Positions 25,301-36,000 of a DNA stretch of 64,000 bases are shown here, one piece after another (the stretch's first letter is position 1; every line of letters starts with the position of its first letter). This DNA comes from a virus. Taxonomy: Duplodnaviria > Caudoviricetes. The stretch covers positions 32,001 through 96,000 of the IMG/VR virus record IMGVR_UViG_3300020463_000001. One strand, 5' to 3'. The notes below the pieces were generated by a model. The model ran no database searches. It was given only the letters and a program-made list of their open reading frames with translations, and was not told the origin of the DNA. A program made the position numbers and the translations under genes.

Positions 25301-26695
25301 TTATTTTCGATAAACTTTCACAGGAAGTTCAGTATAACCTCTGACAAATGATGAAAAAGTGCGTTTCTCTTCTCCTACAACCTCTATTCGATCAAATCTT
25401 TTCATAATTTCTTCCCAGAGAACCTTGAGTTGTAGTTCTGCGGTTCTGTTTCCCATACAACGATGGATTCCAAAACCAAATGATAAATGATTACGAGCAT
25501 TCTCTCTATCAATGATTAGATCTTCTCCATTGGGGAAAACTTCTTCGTCACGATTTCCGGAAAGATACCACATTAGTATCTGGTCATGTTTTTTGATTTC
25601 TTTGTCTCTGATCATGCAGTCATTGTTTGCGGTTCGTCTCATATATGCGAGAGGGGTTTGCCATCTAATAATTTCTGATACCATATTCGGTATCAATCCT
25701 AGATCTCCTTTTAGTTTTTCGTATTCTGACGGAAACAGGTTAAGTCCATGAACACCAGCAGTCATAGAATTTCTTGTAGTATCATTTCCTCCCACAATCA
25801 GTAGAATAAGATTACCTAGAAACTCCATTGGCTCCATATCTTTTGTGTGTTCTCCCTTGACCATCATAGAAACAAAGTCATTTGTGGGTTCTTTCTTTCT
25901 CATTTCCCAGATTTCGGTAAAATACTGAAGACATTCTACTAATTCGTCAATTCTTTGTTGTTCGGTATCGATAATTCCTGCGCCAGGCACTGCAGTCGCA
26001 ACATCAGACCATCGTGTTAACTTTCTGCGTTCTTCGAATGGAAAATCAAAGAGAGTTGCGAGCATTTGTGTAGTCAGTTCAATAGAAACTTTGTCTACCC
26101 AATTAAATGTCTCATCTTCGGGCAAAGAATCTAAAACTGCACCAGTCCTTTCTCTTATCATGGGTTCTAGTCCCATCATACTTCTCATAGAGACTACCGG
26201 AGCAACTGTTCGTCGTTGCAGATCATGTTTGGGCGGATCCATTGCGATAAACAAAGAGATATCTAACGAACCTTCTGGACGGGGACTTCCGACAGGATAC
26301 CCTATTGTTATCATTGGTTCAGAAGAAAACTCTTGGTGATTCATATCAACTTTTTTGATATCATCATATTTTGTCAATGACCAGAATCTTCCAGCAACTT
26401 CTGTCTCATTAAAGTGTATTGGATCTTCTTCTCTAAGTCTTTTAAACATTTCAAGACTTTTGTTTTCTTCAAAGAGTCTATTCCATACTGGGTTGAGTGT
26501 CTCTAGAGGAACATCGTATGCGGAAGGAATTTCACCAGTAAATTCATCTTGTTCTGATCCTGCTCTGGCAAATCCCGCAGCTGCAGCGGATTCTCTTTCT
26601 TCTAGTACCGCATAGTGTTCGCCATCATTGCCATTACTACCGATGACATCCATTCTTTTCTCATCTTCGTCTGTCCACATTGGTTCGTTGCTCAT
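25301..26695 (-). CDS. cytochrome P450, CYP153-like
   Basis: FIAMDPPKHD, VSIELTTQMLATLFDFP, LLIVGGNDTTRN, EIIRWQTPLAYMRR, SGNRDE, HLSFGFGIHRCMG; GGAGG SD. Confidence 0.95.
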   Translation of the reverse strand: MSNEPMWTDEDEKRMDVIGSNGNDGEHYAVLEERESAAAAGFARAGSEQDEFTGEIPSAYDVPLETLNPVWNRLFEENKSLEMFKRLREEDPIHFNETEVAGRFWSLTKYDDIKKVDMNHQEFSSEPMITIGYPVGSPRPEGSLDISLFIAMDPPKHDLQRRTVAPVVSMRSMMGLEPMIRERTGAVLDSLPEDETFNWVDKVSIELTTQMLATLFDFPFEERRKLTRWSDVATAVPGAGIIDTEQQRIDELVECLQYFTEIWEMRKKEPTNDFVSMMVKGEHTKDMEPMEFLGNLILLIVGGNDTTRNSMTAGVHGLNLFPSEYEKLKGDLGLIPNMVSEIIRWQTPLAYMRRTANNDCMIRDKEIKKHDQILMWYLSGNRDEEVFPNGEDLIIDRENARNHLSFGFGIHRCMGNRTAELQLKVLWEEIMKRFDRIEVVGEEKRTFSSFVRGYTELPVKVYRK

Positions 26696-26709
26696 AATGC
26701 CTCCATATT

Positions 26710-27150
26710 TTAACTATTTAGTTTGGGTAAAATATGTTTTTCGGTGATGATCTTAAAATCCCATCCCTTCATTTCGCAGTATTTCTCTGCGGCCTTCCAT
26801 TTTGCTTCATTGACACCCCAAGTCTTCATCTCATTGATATATCTTTTCTGATTTTTCTTTTTTCTGGGTGGTTTTGTTTCTCGATTTGGTTTGATTTCAA
26901 TCATACTAACTTTATCTTTCGTTTTTACTATAAAGTCTGGATAATATCTATGTATTTTATGATCTATGGGAGACAAATAGGGAATTACAATTTCTTCACT
27001 TGCCCATGAAAGAATGAGGGGATTTCTATCGCAATAGATCATAAATCTTCTCTCCCAACTGGAGCGATACACTATTTTCGATAGATCACCTATGTATTTT
27101 TTGGGATTCTCTGGAGTATATCTACCTTTGTAGGTAAATTTCCGCAACAT
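26710..27150 (-). CDS. 4: head completion nuclease gp4
   Basis: YKGRYTPENPKKY.GD...IVYRSSWE, WASEEI.IPY, HRYYPDF, IEIKP, NEAKW.AA. Confidence 0.95.
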   Translation of the reverse strand: MLRKFTYKGRYTPENPKKYIGDLSKIVYRSSWERRFMIYCDRNPLILSWASEEIVIPYLSPIDHKIHRYYPDFIVKTKDKVSMIEIKPNRETKPPRKKKNQKRYINEMKTWGVNEAKWKAAEKYCEMKGWDFKIITEKHILPKLNS

Positions 27151-27162
27151 TCAAAAACCTCA

Positions 27163-27193
27163 TATAAATAATAGGTGTAAATAATTATTTATA
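27163..27193. promoter_or_regulatory. divergent late promoters
   Basis: TATAAATA on + at 27163-70 and on - at 27186-93, between gp4 and gp48. Confidence 0.75.
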
Positions 27194-27213
27194 AAAAATA
27201 AAACGGACTAGTT

Positions 27214-28128
27214 ATGGCAGAAGAAACTACACAAACTAAGATGCGTGATACTGTAGAACGGGCGGTCGATAAAGCCAGATCGCCGACCACAAGTCTAAAA
27301 TTTCCTAGTAGGTTGGGAGAAGGGGGTACAGAACTTCAGAGTTTCATAGAATTTAGAATTCTAAAAGAATCTAACACTAGGGAACAGACACAAAAGAAAC
27401 TCATGGAAAGTTTTGGAAGGGGGGGTGAACCCGAAACCCCTGATCCGACAACCACTAAGATAAACACTCGCGTCGAATCTGGTTCAGTGATAAGTCTATT
27501 CATTCCCGAAAATCTTGCAACCCCTACTGCTGCACAGTATGATTCGCAGACAATGGGCTCAATTGGTGGTTCATTGACTAACCTAGTTGGAGGAAGTTTT
27601 GCAGACCTCAAAGATGTCGGTGCCGGAGGAAATATGGGGGCCACTGCGTTAAACGAAGTAGTACAAACAGCGGGCAATCTTCTCGGCGGTGGAGCGGGAG
27701 ATGTTATCAATCAGGCAGTTTTTAACCGAGCCGCAAATGCAGCAAAATATCTACTCTTCAAAGGAATAGATTTTAGAAAATTTCAATTTCAATATAATTT
27801 TGTACCACAAAATTTACAAGAGTCTAAAAATCTTGAAGAAATAATTAAGATATTCAGACAGGCAATGTTGCCAGATATTGTTTCTGTGGGGTTTTATGAT
27901 ATACCGCAATCTTTTCAAATCCAATATGTCATTAAAAAGGCAGATGGAAACCCTGCACCCATAATACATCAATTTAAACCATGCAATCTTGAAGAATGTA
28001 ATGTATCATATGGAGCGAATGGAAGATTCACTTTGACAGAGGCTGGTTATCCTGCTAATATTCAGTTATCTTTGACCTTTTCTGAAAATGAGCAGGTTAC
28101 GAGAAAAGATGTAGACGAAGGATTTTAA
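27214..28128 (+). CDS. 48: baseplate tail tube cap gp48
   Basis: LFKGIDFRKFQFQYNFVPQN..ES..I..IIK.FR..MLP, LTFSE. Confidence 0.85.
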   Translation: MAEETTQTKMRDTVERAVDKARSPTTSLKFPSRLGEGGTELQSFIEFRILKESNTREQTQKKLMESFGRGGEPETPDPTTTKINTRVESGSVISLFIPENLATPTAAQYDSQTMGSIGGSLTNLVGGSFADLKDVGAGGNMGATALNEVVQTAGNLLGGGAGDVINQAVFNRAANAAKYLLFKGIDFRKFQFQYNFVPQNLQESKNLEEIIKIFRQAMLPDIVSVGFYDIPQSFQIQYVIKKADGNPAPIIHQFKPCNLEECNVSYGANGRFTLTEAGYPANIQLSLTFSENEQVTRKDVDEGF

Positions 28129-28130
28129 GA

Positions 28131-28676
28131 ATGGCAGGTAAAAGTTTATTTAATAAGGTTCCCTATACAAACTATGACATATTTCTCAACAATAAAAATA
28201 GAGTTGTAAAGAATATATTTAAAGTTGCTCAAGTTGTAGAGAAATATCAAGTAGAACCATCATCTTCATATGAATATATCGTAAAAGACGGAGATACTCC
28301 AGAAATCATTTCTCAGTTATATTATGGTTCTCCTTTATATCACTGGACAATATTAGTATTTAATAATGTAATAAGTTTTTATGACGAATGGCCATTAAAT
28401 TCTTCTGCATTTGCAACCATGATAGCAGAAAAATATGGAGATGTCCTTACTGCAGAAACTACTCCGCACTGTTATGTACATAAAACGAATTCTACAAAAA
28501 TAAGTCCAGAAACTTATAATTTTTTTACCGAAGATTTTGAACGAACACAATATGACTTATATTCTAAGTTTGAATATGAGAATGAACTAAATGAAAAAAA
28601 TAGAGTTATCCGAGTCATAAGAGATGATGTTGTAGATGATTTTGTGAAAGAATATGAAAGAGTTATTAGGTTATGA
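28131..28676 (+). CDS. 53: baseplate wedge gp53
   Basis: YIVKDGDTPEIIS..YYGSP.YHWTIL.FN, EWP, YENELNE.NR.I.VI. Confidence 0.92.
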   Translation: MAGKSLFNKVPYTNYDIFLNNKNRVVKNIFKVAQVVEKYQVEPSSSYEYIVKDGDTPEIISQLYYGSPLYHWTILVFNNVISFYDEWPLNSSAFATMIAEKYGDVLTAETTPHCYVHKTNSTKISPETYNFFTEDFERTQYDLYSKFEYENELNEKNRVIRVIRDDVVDDFVKEYERVIRL

Positions 28677-29878
28677 AATTTGCTGGCCAGTATGATGTAA
28701 AAAGTTTTAAAGTATATCAAACTGAAGACATGGGAATTGATCTTGGTGGTGTATTTTTAGAATTATCAATTTATGAGAATATATTCTCTCAGAGTCTGTC
28801 TGTTCGGGCAACTATAGTGGATACTTATGATTTTATAAAATTAATACCCATTATTGGTCAAGAGTCGGTAGAATTGGAACTAGAAATGACATCTGAACCA
28901 GAAGAAGAGCCAATAGATCCAATAAAACTAGATTTGGTTATCTATAACATAACTAACATAGAACAAGAAGGAGAAAATATTACTTATGTATTAGATATGA
29001 CAACTAAAGATTTCATTACAAATTTTGAAAAAAGAATTTGCACTGGACACAGAGATGAGAGCTCGTCTTCAATAGTTAAGAGAGTGTTTGGAGAACTAAG
29101 TTCAAAAAAAGAATTAAACATTACTTCAAGTAACGACAGTCAATCTTTAGTAGTACCAAATATGACTCCCTTCAGGGCAATAAATTGGTTGAAAGATAAA
29201 TCATTTTCTGATACTTATTCTGCCCCCTATTATTTTTTCGAAACTGTTAATGAATATAGATTTAAACCTCTTTTGCAGATGGCAGAATCAGAATCTAAAA
29301 GGGAGTATGTTAAAGCAGTTCCAAACACAGAAAATCCCGCTGCAGAGGAAACAAAATTATTAGATTACTCAGTAATATCCAAATTTTCTGTATTGGATAA
29401 TATAACATCCGGAATGTATGCAACAAAGGCAAGAACTGTAGATTTAATAGGAAGAACATATGAACAGTTTGATCATAACTATTGGAAAAATAATTATTCC
29501 CCAAAACTCGCAGAGAATAAATTACAATCAAGTTCTGCATATAATTACTCTCCCACAAATGAATATTTACTTCCGGAAAACTTTCTCAATCCATATCAAC
29601 AGGATAAATTTTACCTACAGTCAAAAGCAAACGAACAAATATTCAAAAACTTTAAAATAAAAATAGATGTTTTTGGTGACAATCGAATTTCTTCTGGTGA
29701 CGTAATTAAATTAGTATTTCCAGAAATATCTCCGCCAGAAGACGAGAGAGGCAGAGAAGAAGATAAACATTATAGTGGAAATTGGTTGATAGTCGCAATA
29801 AAACATACCTTTGGGAAAAGAAACTACACCATGACTATGGAGTTAGTCAAGGATGGTTCCGGAGTCAGTTATGGATAG
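28673..29878 (+). CDS. baseplate hub protein, gp27-like
   Basis: IYENIFS..L, VPNMTPF.AI.WL, YFFET, GD.I, YSG.WL..AIKH; sits between gp53 and gp5. Confidence 0.7.
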   Translation: MKFAGQYDVKSFKVYQTEDMGIDLGGVFLELSIYENIFSQSLSVRATIVDTYDFIKLIPIIGQESVELELEMTSEPEEEPIDPIKLDLVIYNITNIEQEGENITYVLDMTTKDFITNFEKRICTGHRDESSSSIVKRVFGELSSKKELNITSSNDSQSLVVPNMTPFRAINWLKDKSFSDTYSAPYYFFETVNEYRFKPLLQMAESESKREYVKAVPNTENPAAEETKLLDYSVISKFSVLDNITSGMYATKARTVDLIGRTYEQFDHNYWKNNYSPKLAENKLQSSSAYNYSPTNEYLLPENFLNPYQQDKFYLQSKANEQIFKNFKIKIDVFGDNRISSGDVIKLVFPEISPPEDERGREEDKHYSGNWLIVAIKHTFGKRNYTMTMELVKDGSGVSYG

Positions 29879-30716
29879 TCTAATTAACTCCAACCTTATT
29901 TGGTGGCAAGGTACTGTTCAAGATGTCGATGATCCAGAGAAGATTGGACGAGTCAAGGTTAGGATATTTGGATATCATACAGAAGAAGTAGATATCGATT
30001 TATTACCTTGGGCTTCACCGATACTACCAATTACTTCTGCAAGTATTGGTGGTCTTGGAACATCTCCGACTGGTGTAGTTACTGGTGCATGGGTAATTGG
30101 TTTTTTTCGCGATGGGTCTTCTGCAGAAGATCCGATTATATTTGGTACAGTTCCGGGCAAACCACAAAATGAGATAAACAAAGAAAATAAATTTTCTGAT
30201 CCTGCTGGACTTTATCCTACAGAGAATAAAGATTCTTTGTTACCCAATGGTAGTGTTCTTAGGGAATCTGATGTCAATAGACTTGCGACTGGAGACAATA
30301 CTTCAGAGACGATTGTACAGGAAAAGAAGGATTCACTAGACTCAAAGTCAGGAGAACCATCCACACCATATGCGGCAGAATACCCACACAACAATGTAAT
30401 CAGTACTAAGTCAGGTCATCATGTGGAGTTCGATGATACGCCAGGCGCAGAAAGAATACACATCTATCATAAATCAGGAACATTCATAGAAATTCACCCA
30501 GACGGTACTACAGTTAAGAAGTCAAAAAGTGACGATTATGAGATAGTAGAGGGAGATAAGACAGTCCATATTACAGGTAATTATAAGATGATAGTAGATG
30601 GAAAAATTTCTGTTGATGTAGGTTCGTCTGCGGAGTATAAATATGGTGGAACACATAAAGTAAATTCGGGAGGAACTCACACGATTGAGGCCCCCAAACT
30701 AGACTTAAATCCGTAA
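29871..30716 (+). CDS. 5: baseplate spike gp5 (OB fold plus beta-helix, no lysozyme domain)
   Basis: WWQG.V.DVDDP..IGRVKVRIFGYH, LPWA, SGHHVEFDDTPGAERI. Confidence 0.92.
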   Translation: MDSLINSNLIWWQGTVQDVDDPEKIGRVKVRIFGYHTEEVDIDLLPWASPILPITSASIGGLGTSPTGVVTGAWVIGFFRDGSSAEDPIIFGTVPGKPQNEINKENKFSDPAGLYPTENKDSLLPNGSVLRESDVNRLATGDNTSETIVQEKKDSLDSKSGEPSTPYAAEYPHNNVISTKSGHHVEFDDTPGAERIHIYHKSGTFIEIHPDGTTVKKSKSDDYEIVEGDKTVHITGNYKMIVDGKISVDVGSSAEYKYGGTHKVNSGGTHTIEAPKLDLNP

Positions 30717-30722
30717 AACATC

Positions 30723-31154
30723 ATGGCATATTCAAACACATCATCAGAAAATAGAATTGGTTTGCTCGGGGGCGATCAGTATCTAGATATTGATTTGTCC
30801 TTTAAAAGAAACCCTATTACTAACGATGTAATGATGAAAAAAAATGTTAATGCGGTAAACCAGTCATTGAGAAATCTTCTTCTAACAAATAGATTCGAAA
30901 GACAATTCTCTCCATCTTTTGGGGGAAATATATACAATTCTTTATTCGAGCCCCAAGACGAATTTACGGCAAGAGATTTAGAAGATAGAATTTCTAAAAC
31001 TATTACTAACTTTGAAAAAAGAGTTCAAGTTGTGGGTGTTTCCGTAGAATATCCAGAACTCTACCAAAATTCGGCAAAAATACAAGTAGTTTATGTCTTG
31101 ATTGCAACTGATGAGGAAGTGACAACTACATTTACTATAGAGAGAGTAAGATAA
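30723..31154 (+). CDS. 25: baseplate wedge gp25
   Basis: Y.DIDLSF..NP.T.D, AV.QSLRNL.LT...ER.F.P.FG. Confidence 0.93.
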   Translation: MAYSNTSSENRIGLLGGDQYLDIDLSFKRNPITNDVMMKKNVNAVNQSLRNLLLTNRFERQFSPSFGGNIYNSLFEPQDEFTARDLEDRISKTITNFEKRVQVVGVSVEYPELYQNSAKIQVVYVLIATDEEVTTTFTIERVR

Positions 31155-33019
31155 TGGCAAGAACTATTCAAATATCAGATCTTGATTTTAAAGATATTAA
31201 AAGAAACATAATTTCATATATGAAGGCCGACTCGACTTTTTCGGATTACGATTTTGAGGCTTCTGGTTTGAATACTCTAATGGATATATTATCGTATAAT
31301 ACACATTACACTTCATATTACTTAAATATGGTTGCAAATGAAATGTTCTTGGATACTGCAAGAATCCGAGAGAATGTGGTTTCCAGAGCGAAAATGTTGG
31401 GCTATGAATCCAGATCTAATGTCGCCCCGAAAGCCGTTGTCTCAATTGTTATAGAAAGGGTTGGCCCGTTAGAAAGCGAAACATCTACTGTTCTAATTAA
31501 CAACGAATTCAAGTTTTCTGCAAACTTGGATGGTGTTTCTTATAATTTTTTTCCAGAAGTTCCGAGGTCTGCCCCAGTATTATCGTCCACTGTTGCAAAT
31601 GACGGAATTACTGTAACTACTCGATATTTTTTAGGAGACTTGGTTTTGGTGCAGGGAAATCCAGTCACAGAATTTTTTATAGTAGATACGACTAATCCAA
31701 ATCAAAGATTTATTTTGTCTAATGCAGATGCGGATACTTCTTCAATAAAAGTTACTGTGCGAGAAGATTTGACTACTGACGAATTTACAGAATTCAAAAG
31801 ACCAACAGATACTATGGATTTAAGTGATGTATCTACTTCCTTCTTTGTCCAAGAAGTCGAAAGTGGCTTATATGAAATATTTTTCGGAGACGGAGTATTA
31901 GGAACCTCGTTAGAAAGTGGAAATTTGATTACAGTTGATTATTTAACTACATCCGGAGCAGCTGCAAATGGCATTGCAAAAATAAATACCAGCGCTACAG
32001 ACACAGATTTCAAAATAACAGAATTAACTACCGTAAATAAAGTTTATGGGGGTTCAAATAAAGAAACTACAGATTCTATCAAGTTTTATGCTCCTAGAAC
32101 TTTTGAAGGTCAAAATAGAGCAGTAACAGTAAGAGATTACAAAACAATTATACCTAAGATATACACGCAGTCATCCTCTGTAAATGTTTGGGGTGGAGAA
32201 GACAATGACCCTCCCCAATTTGGAAGAGTTTATATTTCAATCAAACCAAATGACGGAAGTTATCTTACAGATTTCGAAAAAACCACGATACAAAATAGAC
32301 TCAAAACAGACTATTCTATATTAACCATTCTTCCAGAAATTATTGATCCAAATTATACAAAACTTCTTGTATCCACTAATGTAAAATATGATAATGAGGC
32401 TACTATTCTTGGAGAAGACGAATTAAAAACAATAGTTTTAAACACTATCAAAACTTTTAGTGATACTTTTATGAACGAATTTGACAATTACTTCAGATAT
32501 TCTAATTTCATCAGTGCAATTGATAATTCTAATGACGCAATAACCAATAATACTACTACAGTTAACCTTCAGATTGAAAAGAAGATAACATTAAATGCCA
32601 GATCTCAATATGTTTATAATTTTAATAATGAGATTGCTGTCGGATCGATATCTTCCACTGGATTCAAGTCTATGAACTCAAATAATCTTTTATATATTGA
32701 AGATACTTCTGATACTGCTCTCAAGTTTTACTATACAGATTCTAATGGAAAGAAAGTATATGTTGATACGGTGTCGGGAACGATAGACCACAAAAAAGGA
32801 AATATAATCCTAAACGATCTCACTATAATAGAATTAGAAAATAATTCAAGTCTTTTAAAAATAAAAATGACTCCAAAAGATCAAGATGTATTCCCTAGAA
32901 GAAATCAAATATTAGTTATCGATACACAAGAAGTATCAATAAATATGATGGCAGATACTGATGATTATAATAATAATTACGACATCACTACTCAAAGCGT
33001 AAGTATCATCAGAAGATAA
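31154..33019 (+). CDS. 6: baseplate wedge gp6
   Basis: LDFKDIK, DYDFEASGL..LMDIL.YNTHY, NEMFLDTA..R.NVVS.AK.LGY, QNRAVT..DY. Confidence 0.95.
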   Translation: MARTIQISDLDFKDIKRNIISYMKADSTFSDYDFEASGLNTLMDILSYNTHYTSYYLNMVANEMFLDTARIRENVVSRAKMLGYESRSNVAPKAVVSIVIERVGPLESETSTVLINNEFKFSANLDGVSYNFFPEVPRSAPVLSSTVANDGITVTTRYFLGDLVLVQGNPVTEFFIVDTTNPNQRFILSNADADTSSIKVTVREDLTTDEFTEFKRPTDTMDLSDVSTSFFVQEVESGLYEIFFGDGVLGTSLESGNLITVDYLTTSGAAANGIAKINTSATDTDFKITELTTVNKVYGGSNKETTDSIKFYAPRTFEGQNRAVTVRDYKTIIPKIYTQSSSVNVWGGEDNDPPQFGRVYISIKPNDGSYLTDFEKTTIQNRLKTDYSILTILPEIIDPNYTKLLVSTNVKYDNEATILGEDELKTIVLNTIKTFSDTFMNEFDNYFRYSNFISAIDNSNDAITNNTTTVNLQIEKKITLNARSQYVYNFNNEIAVGSISSTGFKSMNSNNLLYIEDTSDTALKFYYTDSNGKKVYVDTVSGTIDHKKGNIILNDLTIIELENNSSLLKIKMTPKDQDVFPRRNQILVIDTQEVSINMMADTDDYNNNYDITTQSVSIIRR

Positions 33020-33023
33020 TTAA

Positions 33024-36000
33024 ATGTCAAGTCCCAACTTAAAAAACATTTCTTCTATTGTTAAAGAATCTTTGCCCTTCCATATTAGGGAAGGGGAGTA
33101 CGATAATTTTGTAAAATTTATAGAACTATACTATGAGTGGTTGAGTCAAGATGGAAATCCTCTTGATGTTATGTCTGAAATTACAGAATATGGCGATCTC
33201 GACAAAACATTAGATATATTTGTAAATCAGTTCAAGTCTGAAATCGGTGCAGTATTTCCATCTGTTACAAGAATACGAGACAAAAATACAAATGCTAAAA
33301 TTCTAGGTGCCTTATTTAATTCTACCGTTCAGTCTAATTCAGAAAACGAAACATTCATTCAAGACACTTTTATGGGGAATGGAATAGTATCTGAATTTTT
33401 AATGTCTTATAGAGATCCTTCTTATTATTTCGGAAGAGATGTTTCTCCGTATGTTGCTGATCTAAAAGTCTATACAAATCCATCTAATCCATTTTCTGGC
33501 TCTCCTGCAACCGATTCTAGTCTGTTATCTTTTCCCAACGATTACACAGAGTTAACAGAAGGGACAGATTATTATTTAAATGACGATAGATTAGTTTTTG
33601 GAGAAGAAGATAATATTCTGGCTCCATTGAATGGAGTTTCTATTGTAGTAGTATTTCAGTTAAGGACGAATCCTACAACAACTCCAGATAAAAATATAGA
33701 AGAAGAAAAAAAGAAAAAATTTACAGATCAAAATCACTTTCTTAAACTACTTCGAGATTTTTATCAATCAAAAGGTTCTCAGAAATCTTTGCAATTTTTA
33801 TTCAGAGCATTTCTCAACGAAGATATTGATGTTTATTATCCGAAAGAAAATATTTTTAAAGTAAGTAATAATAGATGGGTTCAGAGTAAAAGTATAAGAA
33901 CGAATCCGAATACTACTTCTGCGGCTGGAACTCCTGTCAGAATTATAGGGGAAACGAGTTCTGCAATAGGGATAGTAGAATCTGAAATTAATTACACTCG
34001 TTCTAATTTCAACGTCAATGAATATTTTTTAGGAGATGTTTCGGGTGAATTTCAAGACCAAGAAAATGTTTTTGTCGAGATGGACGATGGAAGATTGGTC
34101 AGAGAACAGTTATACTCTTGCATTACTGGTTTTGAAGTAGTAAATCCTGGCAGCAATTATCCTAGAAATTTCGTTTTAGACTTTAATTTGGGAACGATTG
34201 GATCTGGCGTTGGATTTAGTGCAAAAATTAATAATACAACAACTGGAGAAGTTACCAATATAAATGTCAATACTGCCGGAGACAACTATATTACCGGAGA
34301 ATTTGTCGAGTTTGTAAATGATGGAACATTTGGATCTGGAGCCATAGGAAGGATATCGCGAGTTGGTGGAGTTGAAAGAGATTTCGATATTACATGGACT
34401 CAAAACACAAGAAATCCAAGTTATCCACAAGTGGTATGGGACATATCGGACTATCCAGATGCTGTATTTGATTCTCAAACTTCTAGAGAAGTAGAAGTTT
34501 ATCTGGTAAACAGAGATACTAGTTATGATGATGTTGTTTTATTATATGATTTCGATACGGTAAAATCGTCATCAATATTTTATGAGTTTAAAAATGATAC
34601 TAACAGTGATCGCCATAATGCGTATAGAGAAAATCCTTCTTTCGGATCCGCGATAGGTAACTTTAGTTTATCTCTAAGGGGAGATGGATATGTTAGAATA
34701 CCTACAGCTGCAAGTTATTTCCACGATATACCCTCATTTACAATAGATTTTTGGTATTATGGAACTGGAGGTTCAGATTCTGTCGTATTTGCATTTAACG
34801 GAATAGGCCAGAATGATAACGCAGATCTTTTTGTGATGCGTCACCTCGCATCCGGTCAGTTTGAGATGATTGCTTCTGATGGAGGTAATGTAAGAAGAGA
34901 TTATACTTCCCCCACTGATGTTCAGTTAACCCAATCGAATACTTGGAGACACGTTACAATATATTCTTCTGCCGCTGATGGGACTACGATATATCTTGAC
35001 GGAACAGAAGCAGCAGACTTTCCAGATTTAATTGTAGATATGAGAGAAGATGCAATTCTTACTATTGGCGCAGATAACGATGACGCAGATAGTGGTAGCG
35101 ATATGTCAACTGCATTTTTTGGTTCTTTTAGAATAACTAAAGGAAGAAGATTTACAGAATATCAAAATCAGACAACTGGAGCAATCCAAATATTTGGTTG
35201 GGATTTAGACCCCATTCAAGTTGCGAGAAGATTATCTGACTACCAGTTTTCAATTAGTTCTGTCAACAATACAATATCATTTATGGACTATAACACAGGA
35301 GGAGATTTAGTTCCTACGGCAATACCAGATTGGCAATCCTTACAACTTAAATTTAAGAACATTGGTAAAGGGCCGGTAGAAAAAATTGATTTGGTTACTG
35401 GTGGATCTGGATATGCAAGAAACCCATATGCATATATCTCCGATACTTCCAACGGTTATGTGTCCGGAGGTGCTGGGGCATCAGTATCGGTGACTGGTTC
35501 AAATATTGGAGGTATCGAAGGAATAACAATTCGTCAGGACTCATCAAATCCCTCTCAGGATGGTTTTGGCGTAGGGTACACAACTCCTCCCACAATAGAT
35601 TTAACTCCCATAGGAGACGGTATGGCGCAAGTAAATGTACTTACTGGGCCTCTATGTGTCAGAGAAGGGGCGTTTGTAGATGATCAAAGTTTTGCATCGT
35701 CCGATAACAGAATTCACGATGGATATTTGTGGCAAGATTACTCATATGTTGTAAGAGTTAACAGAGTTATTGATGAGTGGAGAGATCTTATCAAGAGAGT
35801 CATTCATCCTGCGGGCATGATGGTCTTCGGAGAAGTTACTCTTACTTCTAAGATTGAAGGAAAGAGGCTCAAGCAAGCAATTCTCTATTTATTCTACGAA
35901 ATCATCAAGAATGTCGATGTCACGATGAAGAACATGGACGGACTTGGAAAATGGACTGGCGGAACTGAACTTGACGGATCTGGAAATGTTGTCAATAAAC

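Noticed and set aside
25301-26695. P450 as host contamination or a prophage boundary
   Set aside because: Tightly packed between gp4 and gp2 on the same strand with an SD and matching base composition; no integrase or host genes nearby. Read support should still be checked
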